A stretch of DNA of 64,000 nt from assembly GCA_009602735.1 (NCBI GenBank), contig WELA01003606.1, forward strand, positions 717,602 to 781,601, given 5' to 3'. Both the position numbers and the translations under genes were made by a program. This DNA is from Mesotaenium endlicherianum. Taxonomy: Eukaryota. Positions within the stretch are counted from its first letter, which is position 1. Each line of letters begins with the position of its first letter. Under the pieces are notes generated by a model. The model worked only from the letters and a program-made list of their open reading frames with translations. It searched no databases and had not been told where the DNA came from. Shown here one piece after another: positions 35,795-47,616 of this stretch.

Positions 35795-38430
35795 AAGTCA
35801 TTGTTCCACTCGAATAATTTGTGAATTATTGTTCAATTTACTTTGACTGATTAAGATTTGAAAGGCAAGCTTATGTATATTACTTTTACATAAAATAAAC
35901 ATTGGCTGTCAATGGTTTGTCTAAGAAGTCAACGAGAAGGAAAGGGGTTTGCTAGGGCCAAAATATTGTTGGAACCATGGCAATCCACCATGTCAGATTA
36001 GTTGACCAGAATCAACCCCTCGACAAGTATGGGGCCACCTTGGCCTCCTTTTTGTCAACCGGGCCAAGGAATTTTGCCTAGGACGTCGGGTGGCGGGGGT
36101 GACCCTGACAAGCCTTAGGCCTCATTGTCTTGCCAAATCTATCAGCACGGAGGGGGGGGGGAGGGGGTTCTAGCTTGCCCTCGACCCCTTCTTGATTTTA
36201 GAGGGCCTCTTTGGCCTCCTAGCTATCATCATCCAGGCCAAGAAGTTCCTTGGCTCAAACCATTGCGTGGTGAAGGGGAGCATGACAAGCCCATCCCCCG
36301 TAGCCCTGTCCTTTTTGTCAGCAGGAGAGGATGTTAAATTATCCTCGTCCCCAGCTTGTCTGTTGTTGGCCGAGGGGGGTCTATAAGGTGCTACCTGGTC
36401 TGTCAAACCCCGCAATTAGTAAGTCACGGCCTGAACACGTCCGCGGTCAACTTGTGATTATTTTCAATTCCAATGAGCTCCTTATCCTGCTATATTTTGA
36501 CCGCGACTTGTGTCGAACATGCGAAGTTCCAAAATTTGTAACGAGTTTCAAAGATGTTGAAAGTGCAAGTAAAAGTGGTAGTAGAATATTTCTCGGAGTT
36601 ATAAAGAATGTTACAATCTCTAATCAACTTCTAATAATTGTGTCTTAATGGATAATCCATATTTTAGAAGACTTCTAGGAGAGTTTTGTTGTTGTTGTTG
36701 TATTTGAAAATAAAATTGAATTTATACATCGATTGTATTATTTAAAAATTATGTATACGCGTGTTAACTTCCTATGTAACCAAAACAATTATAATCTTTA
36801 TCTAACTATGCGCATCTAACATTGTCCTTTTCCAAAAAAGTTATCTCGACCAATGAAGGTAGGCTCTGGGGCCCTATTTTTGGTTTTCATCTTTGCGTAC
36901 GCTGCAACTACAGTTGTAGACATAGACCCTCCCACCTCTTTCTGTTGTACATCAAAAAAATTGAGCTGCATATGCTCCTGGTGGAATACGTGGATGAATT
37001 ATTATTTCATAGACTGTCTAAGTTACTCACAGTAGCAAATGAAAAATGCACGGCACACAATTCGCAGGCACTATTTTTAACAATGGTGCCTTCTTATGAC
37101 GATGTCCTTTGTGCACCTTTTGATATTGTAGACTTGCATGAGTGCTCCCCTCTGATTTGCCTCGTGTTGTCTTCATTGTATCTTGTTGCAAGTCTGACAC
37201 AATTCTGAAAGTCTTAGCGCAGTGTGGGCAGGTTATTGGAAGATTGTAGTGAAACAGATAGATAAAGTACTTAGTAAAACAGAATACTTTATCTATTCAA
37301 GAAAAGGATCTTTGAACACAAGTGGTAGCTTCTTGAAAGAGAGATGGCTTCTTGAAAGTTAATATATTTCTGGATTTTGGCAAGTACAAGAGTGATTCTG
37401 GAATGTCTTTCTATGTTCTAGCTCTTGTTTATATACTTGCTACATAAGTAATTTCTAGGAAGGTGTATGTTGATGTGTTGGCACCCAACACATCCCAAAA
37501 CTTGCCACCTCTTTCTAGAATAATGTACACATGTCCTTTTGACCTAAAAATGGCACATTTGACTTTTGCCACATGGAGTTCTTCTAGGTCTTTCCTCTAA
37601 CTTCGAAAATGCCTTGGAAGGTTCAAAGGACATGAACCAAGTTACTAGAGTACCTATTCACACTTGACTCCACACAATACTACTCCAAATATATTTGAAA
37701 ACATTAAAGTATATGCAAACTAATATATAATAACTCAAATCACTACATCACCCCCCCGATAGAAAAAGCGACGTCTCGGCGCGTCAAGTCAGGTCTTACA
37801 CATGTAAGGTAGACTAGGCAAGGTCGTAGGTGGTGTGACCTTATTGGCTAGCCTACTCCTTAATGATGAAGAAAATTGTACAAGTTGGCCCAGAATCTGC
37901 CACGAATTCAAAAATTCATAGCGGCCACAGAACTGCTCCAAATCTGAAAATTCGAATGCCAGACAAACCGCGTCGGAGAACTCTACCGGGTCACCAAATT
38001 TGAGAGCATTCTAATTTCTGGACTGTCGTTGAGAGCTAAGAGAGTAGGCACTCCTCCAAATCTGTGCAGAAACTTCTGAAAATCATAAGTCCTTCTATAC
38101 TTCTCCAAATTCTGTAAACTAAGTCTCAAAATGGGCGCTGTAAGATGTTCTACCAGAGTCTTGAGTTTCAGAGCATTCCAAGTTCAGGGGAGGGCACAAT
38201 GTCAGAAGGCATATTCTGCCCTAACAATGCCAGCAGCCTGACCCCCTTCTACTTAGAGCATCATATCTCTCTCACCAGTGCTCCAAATTGAGCAAACTTG
38301 GACTCTAAATGACCGGCTACTCATGGACTACAGCCAGGTAAATTTTCAGAATTTATTATGCAGAGACCTATCACCAGTAGCAGTTTTAGTTTTCTGTCCA
38401 GAAACTGCGAGAAGAGAAGAGTGTCTAATG

Positions 38431-41400
38431 TCAATTTTTCCTCTTTCTTGTTCTTGCAGGCTGCCTCCAAGGGGTCTTCTGCTGCTTCTTGATGGTGGCA
38501 GGCTGCCTCCCTGAAGTCTTCGGGCTTCTAGTAGAGAGACTTGGGGCTGGTCCAAGATGGGGGTTGGCGGCATGGAAGCGCTTCAACTTTCTCTGAACTT
38601 TGTCAAGGTAGTGCGCCGCCACCCAACTATTCTCCGAATCTGGATATCCTTTCCACTTGATCAAGTATTGCTGCTGTCTCCTGAAATTTCTCATAGCCAC
38701 TATGTCTTCCACTTCGTACTCCAAATGATCATCCACTATTGTTGGGGCTGGTGGGGTTGTCACACGTCCTGGGAACTTGTTGTCGGGTTGCACATATGGC
38801 TTGAAGAGGGAAGCGTGGAATACGGGGTCGATGTGCATAGTCTGGGGAAGTTCTAGCTTGAAAGCAACGGGGTTGACTTGCTGGATAATCTTGAAGGGTC
38901 CCAAATACTTGGGAGAGAACTTGCTGCCGGCAGGCCTGTTGTTCAGGGAAATGTTCTTGGATGATAGTAACACGTTGTCACCCACTCTGTACGTAATTTC
39001 TCTTCTGGATCTGTTCGCCACTCTTGCTTGAGCATCTTGCGCGTGTTGTAGAGCTTTCTTCGCTGCTGTAAGGGCTGCTTCTAATGTCTCCATAAAATCT
39101 GTGGCTGCAGGTACTTCATCATGGCCAGCCGTGAAGCTCAGTGGCGTGGTCGGATGGAAGCCATAGTTGAGGAAGAATGGGGACTCTTGGGTAGAGGCCT
39201 GCGTAGTGTTGTTGTAGGCAAACTCGAGGGGGGTCAAGTACATGTCCCAGTCTTGCTCGAGGGTAGACACGTAGGCCTTTAGAGAGGTCTTTAGGGTACG
39301 ATTCATACGCTCGGTTTGCCCATCTGATTGTGGGTGGTAGGCAGTAGACATATCCAGCGATGTACCCAAGTTCTTGAAGAGATTTTTCCAGAAATGGCTT
39401 GTGAATCTTGGATCTCTATCTGACACAATTCTTGATGGTAGTCCATGGAGTCGGAAGATGTTGTCAAAGATGAGTCTTGCAAGTTGTGGTGCTGTAGCCT
39501 TAGTCGTCGTGGGAATAAAATGAGCCATCTTGGTAAGTCTGTCCACCACCGTGAGTATTGCATTATGGCCTCGAGGTGTCACGGGCAAGTCCACGATAAG
39601 GTCCATTGAGATGTCCGTCCATTGTCTTTCGGGGATTGGTAGTGGTTGGAGGAGTCCTCCCGCCTTTTGCGATGATGGCTTGATTCTTTGGCATGTGTCA
39701 CAGCTCCTGCAGTACTCCTTGACTTGCTTAGACATGCCTGGCCAACAATAAGTCCTAGCTAGAACGCCCGTGGTCCTTAGGATTCCAAAGTGTCCTCCAA
39801 GAGGGTTGTCGTGTGCTTCTCGTAGAAGCAAGAGCCGGAGGTCTATGTCATTAGGAACACATCTCTGGCCCGTATCTTGCCTCACCCAATAATTGCCTTC
39901 TTGCTTCTTGCATGGGTCCAAGGCTGCTTCTCCGTTCTTGTAGTAAGGGTCTCTTTCATAGGCGGCTGAAAATCGAGCTTCCAGATCTGTCTTCAGGGAT
40001 ACCATCACTGCATTTAATTGCAGTCTTGAGAGGGGGTCAGCCGGGTTTGTCTTGCCGGGCTGGTACTGAATCGTGATGTTGTATTGTTGCAAGTATCCGC
40101 TCCATCTTGCTTGTCTCCTTGAGAGATACGGCTGCGTTTGGAGGTGCTTTAACGCCTCGTGGTCCGTGGTGACCAGTACTTTGCGTCCTTCAACGTAGCA
40201 GCGCCAAACCTTCAAGGCATGTACAATCGCCAATGCCTCTCGCTCCGTGGTTGTATAATTTTGCTCGGCTGGATTTAGCTTCCTTGACTCGTAGGCGATG
40301 GGCTGCAGTCCCTTGCCTTGGTCTTGAAGCAGGATTGCTCCTATTGCATAGGAAGATGCATCGGTGATGACGTGGAAGGGCCAATCTGGGTTTGGACTTG
40401 GGAGTGTGAGCACCGGGGATGTGGTCAATCTTCGCTTTAACTCTTGAAATGCCTCTTCCTCTTTCTCGGTCCATGTATATAGCCTGTCCTTCTTGAGTAG
40501 ATCTGTCAGGGGGGCTGCTATGTGCGAGAAGCCTTGGATGAATTTTCTGTACCAATTGGCAAATCCCAAGAATGACTGGAGTTCTTTCTTGGTCGTGGGG
40601 GTTGGCCATTCCTCCACCACCGTGGTCTTCTTGGGGTCTATCTTGATGCCATCAGCAGTCACGTGGAGACCTAGGAACTCCACTTCTTGTTTGGCAAACT
40701 CGCATTTTGACTCCTTCGCAAACAGCTTGTTTTGCTTCAATACTTCAAGGACTTCTTTCAAGTGTCTCGCATGCTCTTCAAGGGTCTTGCTGTAGATAAG
40801 GATGTCATCGATGAATACCACCACAAATCTGTCCAACATGGGCTGAAATATGGTGTTCATCATAGTCATGAAAGTTGCTGGCGCGTTGGTGAGTCCAAAT
40901 GGCAGGACCATGAACTCAAAATGTCCATATCTTGTCCTGAATGCCGTCTTCTCTATGTCCGGTTCTGCGATGCGAATCTGGTGGTAGCCGCTCCGTAAGT
41001 CAATCTTCGTGAAGTACTTGGCTCCAACCAGCCGGTCCATGAGCTCATCCATGCGCGGCAGCGGGTATCGATTCTTGATGGTGATCTTGTTGAGGGCGCG
41101 ATAGTCCACACACATCCTCAAGGTACCATCTTTCTTCTTGACAAATAGCACCGGGGCTCCAAATGGCGACTTGCTAGGTCGAATGAAGCCATGCTCCAGT
41201 AGCTCCTTGATTTGCTTCTTGACTTCGTCTAGCTCCGTGTATGACATTTTGAACGTAGGCCGAGAGATGGGCTTGCTTCCGGGCTCCAACTCTATCTTGT
41301 GGTCTACGAATCTTTTGGGGGGTAGGCCCTTGGGCAATTCCGGGGAGAACACTTCTTTGTAGTCCTCTAAGACTTCTTGTATCTCCTTGGGAACGGGGCT

Positions 41401-42039
41401 GCCTTCTTGACTCTCGATGTCTTTCTTGATGTCTTTTGGCGTGATCAAGGCCAAAAGAAGCTCGTGTCCCTTCCTCACAAGTCTCTTGAGTTGGAGGGCG
41501 GACAATAGTATCTCGTGTGCCGGCTTCTGGATGTCTTGGGTCTGGATATTCTGGATTGCGCGCAAAATACAGATTCTTGAAGTGATGTCATTCTTGATCT
41601 TGATAGTACCGGTCCTCCAATCAACTTGGGGGTTGTGCTTGGTCAACCAAGGCGTCCCTAGGATGACGTCGTACTTGCCCAATTGCATGGGGGAGAACAC
41701 TACTCTATCCTTGAAGGACTTGATAGAGAGTGCCAAGGGGTACGTCTTCTTGGAAGGGGTAGTATAGGAGAATCCATCGGGCATCATAATCTCCTCGTCG
41801 TGGTCAAGAGTTCGCATAGTAATACCGTGCTTGGTGGCAAAATCTGCAGCAATGAAGTTGCCTTGAGCTCCGCTATCCACCAAGATGTGGACCTTCTCTC
41901 CTCCAAGGTAACCTCTCAAACTCATTGGGGCTGGAACGTCGTCTTCAACGGGGGTCTCCACCTCACTTGGCGTGTTGCCTTCTCGTGAAGTGGGTCTTGG
42001 GGTGGTAGGCTCCTGGCCTACCGGCGCTGTCCGTTTTTT
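38431..42039 (-). CDS. pol: Pol polyprotein: protease, RT, RNase H, integrase, chromodomain; expressed by -1 frameshift
   Basis: [14 protein letters not shown]...[20 protein letters not shown]-x6-H...C-x2-C zinc finger; [22 protein letters not shown]...YLIKWKGY...NSWV. Confidence 0.97.
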   Translation of the reverse strand, partial: KKRTAPVGQEPTTPRPTSREGNTPSEVETPVEDDVPAPMSLRGYLGGEKVHILVDSGAQGNFIAADFATKHGITMRTLDHDEEIMMPDGFSYTTPSKKTYPLALSIKSFKDRVVFSPMQLGKYDVILGTPWLTKHNPQVDWRTGTIKIKNDITSRICILRAIQNIQTQDIQKPAHEILLSALQLKRLVRKGHELLLALITPKDIKKDIESQEGSPVPKEIQEVLEDYKEVFSPELPKGLPPKRFVDHKIELEPGSKPISRPTFKMSYTELDEVKKQIKELLEHGFIRPSKSPFGAPVLFVKKKDGTLRMCVDYRALNKITIKNRYPLPRMDELMDRLVGAKYFTKIDLRSGYHQIRIAEPDIEKTAFRTRYGHFEFMVLPFGLTNAPATFMTMMNTIFQPMLDRFVVVFIDDILIYSKTLEEHARHLKEVLEVLKQNKLFAKESKCEFAKQEVEFLGLHVTADGIKIDPKKTTVVEEWPTPTTKKELQSFLGFANWYRKFIQGFSHIAAPLTDLLKKDRLYTWTEKEEEAFQELKRRLTTSPVLTLPSPNPDWPFHVITDASSYAIGAILLQDQGKGLQPIAYESRKLNPAEQNYTTTEREALAIVHALKVWRCYVEGRKVLVTTDHEALKHLQTQPYLSRRQARWSGYLQQYNITIQYQPGKTNPADPLSRLQLNAVMVSLKTDLEARFSAAYERDPYYKNGEAALDPCKKQEGNYWVRQDTGQRCVPNDIDLRLLLLREAHDNPLGGHFGILRTTGVLARTYCWPGMSKQVKEYCRSCDTCQRIKPSSQKAGGLLQPLPIPERQWTDISMDLIVDLPVTPRGHNAILTVVDRLTKMAHFIPTTTKATAPQLARLIFDNIFRLHGLPSRIVSDRDPRFTSHFWKNLFKNLGTSLDMSTAYHPQSDGQTERMNRTLKTSLKAYVSTLEQDWDMYLTPLEFAYNNTTQASTQESPFFLNYGFHPTTPLSFTAGHDEVPAATDFMETLEAALTAAKKALQHAQDAQARVANRSRREITYRVGDNVLLSSKNISLNNRPAGSKFSPKYLGPFKIIQQVNPVAFKLELPQTMHIDPVFHASLFKPYVQPDNKFPGRVTTPPAPTIVDDHLEYEVEDIVAMRNFRRQQQYLIKWKGYPDSENSWVAAHYLDKVQRKLKRFHAANPHLGPAPSLSTRSPKTSGRQPATIKKQQKTPWRQPARTRKRKN
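42004..42039 (-). promoter_or_regulatory. -1 ribosomal frameshift signal
   Basis: A AAA AAC in the gag frame (42033-42039), 10-nt spacer, then stem-loop GGTAGGC-CAGGA-GCCTACC (42004-42022). Confidence 0.85.
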
Positions 42040-43298
42040 GACAACTTTTTGGGGCATGAAAGTGCACGATGGCCCTTTTCCTTGCAATAAAAGCATAGTC
42101 CAGCCGTCATGAGAGCTTCTTTTTCAGCCGGGGAGAGTCTTGCTTTCACTCCTTGCTGGTTTCTTGCATCATAAGTGTCATTGGAGGGTCTTCCACTCTT
42201 CCGGGCAGCCGCGGGGTCCCTTTTAATAACTCCGATTTCCATGGGTGTGGGTCCAGATTCGGATGTGGAAGGGGCTGCGTACACCCGCGTCGTCGGTACC
42301 CGTGAAGATGAAGGCACGGAGTGCTTGAAATCCAAGGTATCCACCTTTTGGGCCACTTCAATGATCTTTGAGAAGTCCGTCAAGTCGCGTAACTCCACTT
42401 CCTTTGCCACCTTGGGTTTGAGGCCAAAGATGTAGCGGTCAATCTTCTCCTCGAGAGACATGTTGGGGATCTCAAGAGTGAGGGCGTGAAATCTGGATGT
42501 ATACTCTTGAACGGACGTCGTTTGCTTGAGATGGTGGAGCTTTCCTCGGGCAATCTTCTCCGCATTGATGGGCATGAATTGCTTCTTGAGGGCCTCACGA
42601 AAATCTGCCCATCTTGCATATGATGGTGGGGGCTCTTGGCCGAGCATGGGGTGCGCCATAGCTTGATATATAGCCGCTTGATAGTTACGCCACCATGATG
42701 TTGCTGCTCCTCTAAGTAAGGTAACGGCAAAGGGAACGTAGTCCTCCTCGGGTACTTCAAGGAATGCGAGGTACGTCTCCACTTGGTAGAGCCATAAATT
42801 CAGGTTGGCACCTTTCCCGGGGTTGAAAGTGTCGGGTTTGCCGGGCTTGATGAGTTTCCTTGCTCTCGTTGGCTCTTGTGGAGGCGCTTGAGCCGGGGCT
42901 GGATTTTGAGCATTGCTCGCAATAGGGGCAACCATGGCAGCCATAGCTTCTCTTGACGCTTGCACGGTTGCTTCATAGGTGGCCAAGCCCACTTGGTTGT
43001 GGACGGTCATTAGGAAGGCTGCCCACTCATTTGCGGGAACTCCTTGTGGTGGGGTCAACTTTGCTATAGCGGCTGCCACGGGATTTGACGGTGCTCCTCC
43101 TTGTGGTGCTTCTTGTTGTTGGAGATTTCCTTGAGTAGGCTCTCCCATCGACGCTGGAGGAGGGTGTGCTCCTCCTTGTGGTGCTTCTTGTTGTTGCAGA
43201 TTTTCTTGAGTGGGCTCTCCCATCGGCGCTGGAGGAGGGTGTCTTGGAGAGGAAGGGCTTCCTTCGAAAGCTTGCTGTTGGTCTTGAGGATCGGCCAT
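42018..43298 (-). CDS. gag: Gag with a CCHC zinc knuckle
   Basis: 426-aa ORF starting just after the [29 protein letters not shown]. Confidence 0.95.
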   Translation of the reverse strand: MADPQDQQQAFEGSPSSPRHPPPAPMGEPTQENLQQQEAPQGGAHPPPASMGEPTQGNLQQQEAPQGGAPSNPVAAAIAKLTPPQGVPANEWAAFLMTVHNQVGLATYEATVQASREAMAAMVAPIASNAQNPAPAQAPPQEPTRARKLIKPGKPDTFNPGKGANLNLWLYQVETYLAFLEVPEEDYVPFAVTLLRGAATSWWRNYQAAIYQAMAHPMLGQEPPPSYARWADFREALKKQFMPINAEKIARGKLHHLKQTTSVQEYTSRFHALTLEIPNMSLEEKIDRYIFGLKPKVAKEVELRDLTDFSKIIEVAQKVDTLDFKHSVPSSSRVPTTRVYAAPSTSESGPTPMEIGVIKRDPAAARKSGRPSNDTYDARNQQGVKARLSPAEKEALMTAGLCFYCKEKGHRALSCPKKLSKNGQRR

Positions 43299-44248
43299 CT
43301 TCTTGTGCTACCAAAGTGCCTAGCTCCGATACCACTGTAGTGAAACAGATAGATAAAGTACTTAGTAAAACAGAATACTTTATCTATTCAAGACAAGGAT
43401 CTTTGAACACAAGTGGTAGCTTCTTGAAAGAGAGATGGCTTCTTGAAAGTTAATATATTTCTGGATTTTGGCAAGTACAAGAGTGATTCTGGAATGTCTT
43501 TCTATGTTCTAGCTCTTGTTTATATACTTGCTACATAAGTAATTTCTAGGAAGGTGTATGTTGATGTGTTGGCACCCAACACATCCCAAAACTTGCCACC
43601 TCTTTCTAGAATAATGTACACATGTCCTTTTGACCTAAAAATGGCACATTTGACTTTTGCCACATGGAGTTCTTCTAGGTCTTTCCTCTAACTTCGAAAA
43701 TGCCTTGGAAGGTTCAAAGGACATGAACCAAGTTACTAGAGTACCTATTCACACTTGACTCCACACAATACTACTCCAAATATATTTGAAAACATTAAAA
43801 TATATGCAAACTAATATATAATGACTCAAATCACTACACATTCTACATTAATTTTCATTTTTGCTTTCTCGAGGATTTGTCAATTTGCACAAGTATATAG
43901 ATTTTCTTTCCACTTCATGTAAATACTCCTTAAATATTGAGGAAAGATCCTCTCAAAGAGCAGAAACGTTTCATTCCCTCCCTGTGCTAAAAAAACCTCT
44001 GTGCTATCTTATCTTTCATGTGCACATTTTCTTCCGGCGATTTCGTAAAGAGTGTTCTGTATTGTTTTGCTTTCTTTCCAAATCAAGACTGCTTGTCAAT
44101 TGATACACTAGCTACATTTTGGAATATGGATGTCTTAGTTTTGGTAAATCTCTCCTCCCCTCCGGCTAGATTAAAAATGTGTGCTGGCTTGGTTGTAGTC
44201 ATCCTCACAGGCTGATTTTGTTGCTTATGGATTATGATGAAGGTGCAC

Positions 44249-44683
44249 TGTAGTGATTTGAGTTAAAACATATTACTCTACTTTTATTTCAATGCTTTGA
44301 ATATATTTGGAGTAGTATTGTGTAGATTCAAGTGTGAATAGATACTCTAGTGACTTGGTTCATGTCCTTTGAACTTTTTAAGGCTTTTTCGAAGTTAGGG
44401 AAAGGACCTAGAAAAACTCCACGTGGCAAAAGTCAAATGTGCCATTTTTAGGTCAAAATGACATGTATACATTATTCTAGAAAGAGGTGGCAAGTTTTGG
44501 GATCTGTTGGGTGCCAACATATCAACATGCACCTTCCTAGAAATTACTTATGTAGCACGTATATAAACAAGAGCTAAAACATAGAAAGACATTCCAGAAT
44601 CACTCTTGTACTTGCCACATTCCAGAAATATATTAACTTTCAAGAAGCCATCTCTCTTCCAAGAAGCTACCACTTGTGTTTAA
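44249..44683 (+). repeat. Diverged family-A LTR in the opposite orientation, interrupted at a TTAA
   Basis: Reverse complement of about 430 bp of the family-A LTR; the last ~70 bp are replaced by unrelated sequence. Confidence 0.9.
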
Positions 44684-47616
44684 CACTAGATAGACGATGG
44701 GACCAATATTGGTTCCAGAACCAAAAATGTGCCCATAACTAGCCTATTTTCTATAGGGTCAAACTTGAATTTTTTTTCTATCAGAATAAGCTAAAAATGG
44801 TACGTCTAGGTTGGTTATAACCTGAATCGTACCGGAATATTTGGTATAGGGAAAACTTCCGTGGAAGTTATGGTGTTTCTTGGCCATGAACAGAGCAAAT
44901 GAAGCTTCGATTTTCGCCTTCGAAATTGCATGTTTTTTCCTCCAAGTTTTTGCTTCTTGCAAGATAGAGCGGCCATGGCTGCTATTGCTTCTTCGTTCAC
45001 AGGTCCTGTCATAGGTTTAGGTACTAAAATACTAACGCCTAGCAATATACGGGGTGCAACATGGGCACGGCAAGAGTTCGGGGAGCATTTTGAGGAGTTC
45101 TTTTTGGTAGGAATTCTGGAAGAAGAGGTGCACAAAATCAAAGATACTAAGTTCAAGATATATTTCGGGTATGATGGGGAGTACAAGACCGGGGCTCGCA
45201 AACAGATTCTAGAGAACATGCCCTCTGTGCCAGAATTTTGTTGGTTTTGTCCGTATAAGGGAGTTGTGAGTTTTTGCAACATCCGCAGAAAATAGCAATT
45301 AAATGTCCAAAATGAAAAGCCACTAGCTTTCATGTGCATATGAAGTCATTACATATCCAGTCTCATGCAATCATCTTGCTTGTTATATGCTCAACTTGTA
45401 TGTGTATGCTAACGATTGTCTATGCTCGTCCTCAACTTGCTTGTCTTTGGTGTACAACTATACCAGTTGTATTTAGGCCTGCGTCTGGAAGGCCCACTAT
45501 GCAAGCACTTTTTTGAATACGAGATACATGACTGATATAGCATACAAATTATACATTTGCTCACTTCAGACCGTTTGCTTTCCAAGATTATTATTCACGC
45601 TTATATCAAAAGACATTCACAATCTCAGCAGAGTTCACATGAGAACTCAATGTTGATTCACCGGAGGCGGGGTGCCGTTGAGGATGCCCCATATGAGGGT
45701 CGCAGCCGCCTCGACTGCCTTCTTCTTCTCTCTCGCTTTTGTTAGGTGCACCGTGCAAAAGAGCCCACGTGGCATGAGTGGCATGAGCCGTGGGGGTTAC
45801 TCGTGCGGCTATCACTGCAAAAGTCAACCTGAATAAATGTCGCACGACTGCTGCATACCCCCCCAGCCGCATGGCTGCCTGGCTGGGGCATGCTGGCTGT
45901 TGCATGTACAGTTGGCGATTTGAAGTGTGCACATGGCCTTCGCGCTTATTGCGAGTGTCTTCCTTTCATGCCTGTTTGATAGCTGTCCCCCATTTAAGGT
46001 ATCACAGCAGATTATCACAGCAGATTATGACATCAATTTTTTGCTGCAGAGGGCTTGATTTGATAACACAAGGAAAGGAGGAGCCCTGACACCCACACCC
46101 TGAACGGACTTCACTGCGCTGCGCGCCTGAACCCTAAGTATTTAAGCCCTGTGCGCCTAGACCCTAGATCGGGCCCTTTTGATGTTTGCTCGTCTGTTGT
46201 CGTCATTCCTTGGGGCGACCCAGCCAATAGCCACGTCACTATCAAACCCCGAGCACTTCAGCTCGTCCGTTGTCCCACGCACCTGCCACCTGTCGTTCTC
46301 CTGCCTCGCCGCGTACAGTCCCCATCTGTAACGTGCACCGTAGTGTGAAACACAGAGTCGTGCCAAGCTGATTGCTAAGGCGGGCGTTTATTCCATCTTA
46401 GCTGCATGTATATGTTTGCAATTGAAATGGTTTCTACATGTATGTTTTGTGGAGCAATGTGCAGCAGTAACTTAATGAGAAAGGAGTGGTAAGAGTAGCC
46501 CTTTGGTCATGCGCAGGGAATGTAATTTTCTATGGCAAATAAGTAACTTTAGCTGTGTAGTGGACCAATTATTTTTGTTGGCTCTCTGCACAGCAAAATC
46601 TGGAGGAACCTGCTCTTAGGACTTTCCAAGTTACCCTGCCTACACAAATGACACCCAATCTGACTGTCACACCAGAACCACAGAACACTCCAAAACCGGA
46701 GGAGTCACACATTGACACAAAATCAGACGGGGACCTATTAGTTATAGAGCCAAGGAGGAAGAGAGGAAGACCTTCAAAGCAGAAGGGTCCAGATATGGCT
46801 GTGCCTATGAATAGAGATAAGCAAAGAAATAGAGTGGCCTTAGCAAAGGGGAGTGCCAAGAGCAGGGCTAGCAAGGGCTACAAGAAGAAGTAGGGAAGGC
46901 TGTCAGGATCTGAGAATGAGTACAGCTTAGATGAGGAGCTGGAGTTAGAATGAGAACCTCTGGTGCCAGCCCTTGCTGAAGAAGAGGAACAGGCAATGCC
47001 TACTAGGAACAGGCAGTGCCCTGTCAGAGTCTGCTGTCCTAAATAGTCCTATAAGTTTGACATAGAGCTCTTTATTTTAGTTGATAGAATCACGTACTAT
47101 TCTTGGGATTTTGTAGTCTTTGACAAGAAGAAGAGGCCTGGCATAAATACTTCAGTTGTCATGGAGATGGTCAGTACATTGTCTGAGGGCCAGACTTCCA
47201 ATTTTGTGCTTGACAGAGGTTTCACAAGTCCTGAACTTGTAAAGCTGTTGTCAGAAGTTGGTCATGGAGCTACTGGAAATTGTACCAATAGAAAAAACTA
47301 TTCTACTAAGGACAATGAGCACACATGTGAGAACTCTCATAAAAATTCCTCTTACTGTTCTTGTTGATTTTGAGTAACAAGTTGCTAGAGTAGGTTGTTA
47401 AAAGTGTGCCTAAACTTGTTTCATTGCATTTGACCAAGTTATGCAAAAGATGTGAACATTCTAGTTCAGCAGCATGATGCTGCAGTTATAAAATTTGTGG
47501 GACCAGTGCCAAAAACATAGTGACATTTTTGGTCCAAAAGTTTAGCAAGTTGTAGAATATTGAATATTGAATGGAATGCAAATCAGCAAAGTTGTATACC
47601 TTCCTTACATCACAGT
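44684..47616 (+). mobile_element. piggyBac-like DNA transposon: left end and transposase remnant
   Basis: TTAA|CACTAGATAGACG terminus; remnant YYSWDFVVF...VVMEMV...FVLDRGFTSPELVKLLSEVGHGATG...NRK at ~47095-47300; right end not in view. Confidence 0.65.

Larger units (their letters stand above)
37245..43838 (-). mobile_element. Full-length, apparently intact Ty3/gypsy chromovirus (family A, copy A1)
   Basis: 503-bp LTRs at 37245-37747 and 43336-43838 (3 mismatches by eye); PBS 43323-43334; PPT GGGGGGGTGA 37748-37757; open gag and pol. Confidence 0.97.

Noticed and set aside
35940..37240. Short ORFs, including a signal-peptide-like one at 36853
   Set aside because: No splice partners or domain motifs; likely decayed repeat sequence
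38557..43453. Plus-strand ORFs antisense to A1 gag-pol
   Set aside because: Shadow frames of the real minus-strand coding sequence
44684..44690. CACTA-superfamily terminus
   Set aside because: The preceding TTAA and the downstream DRGFTS motif fit piggyBac better, and no Tnp2-like sequence was seen
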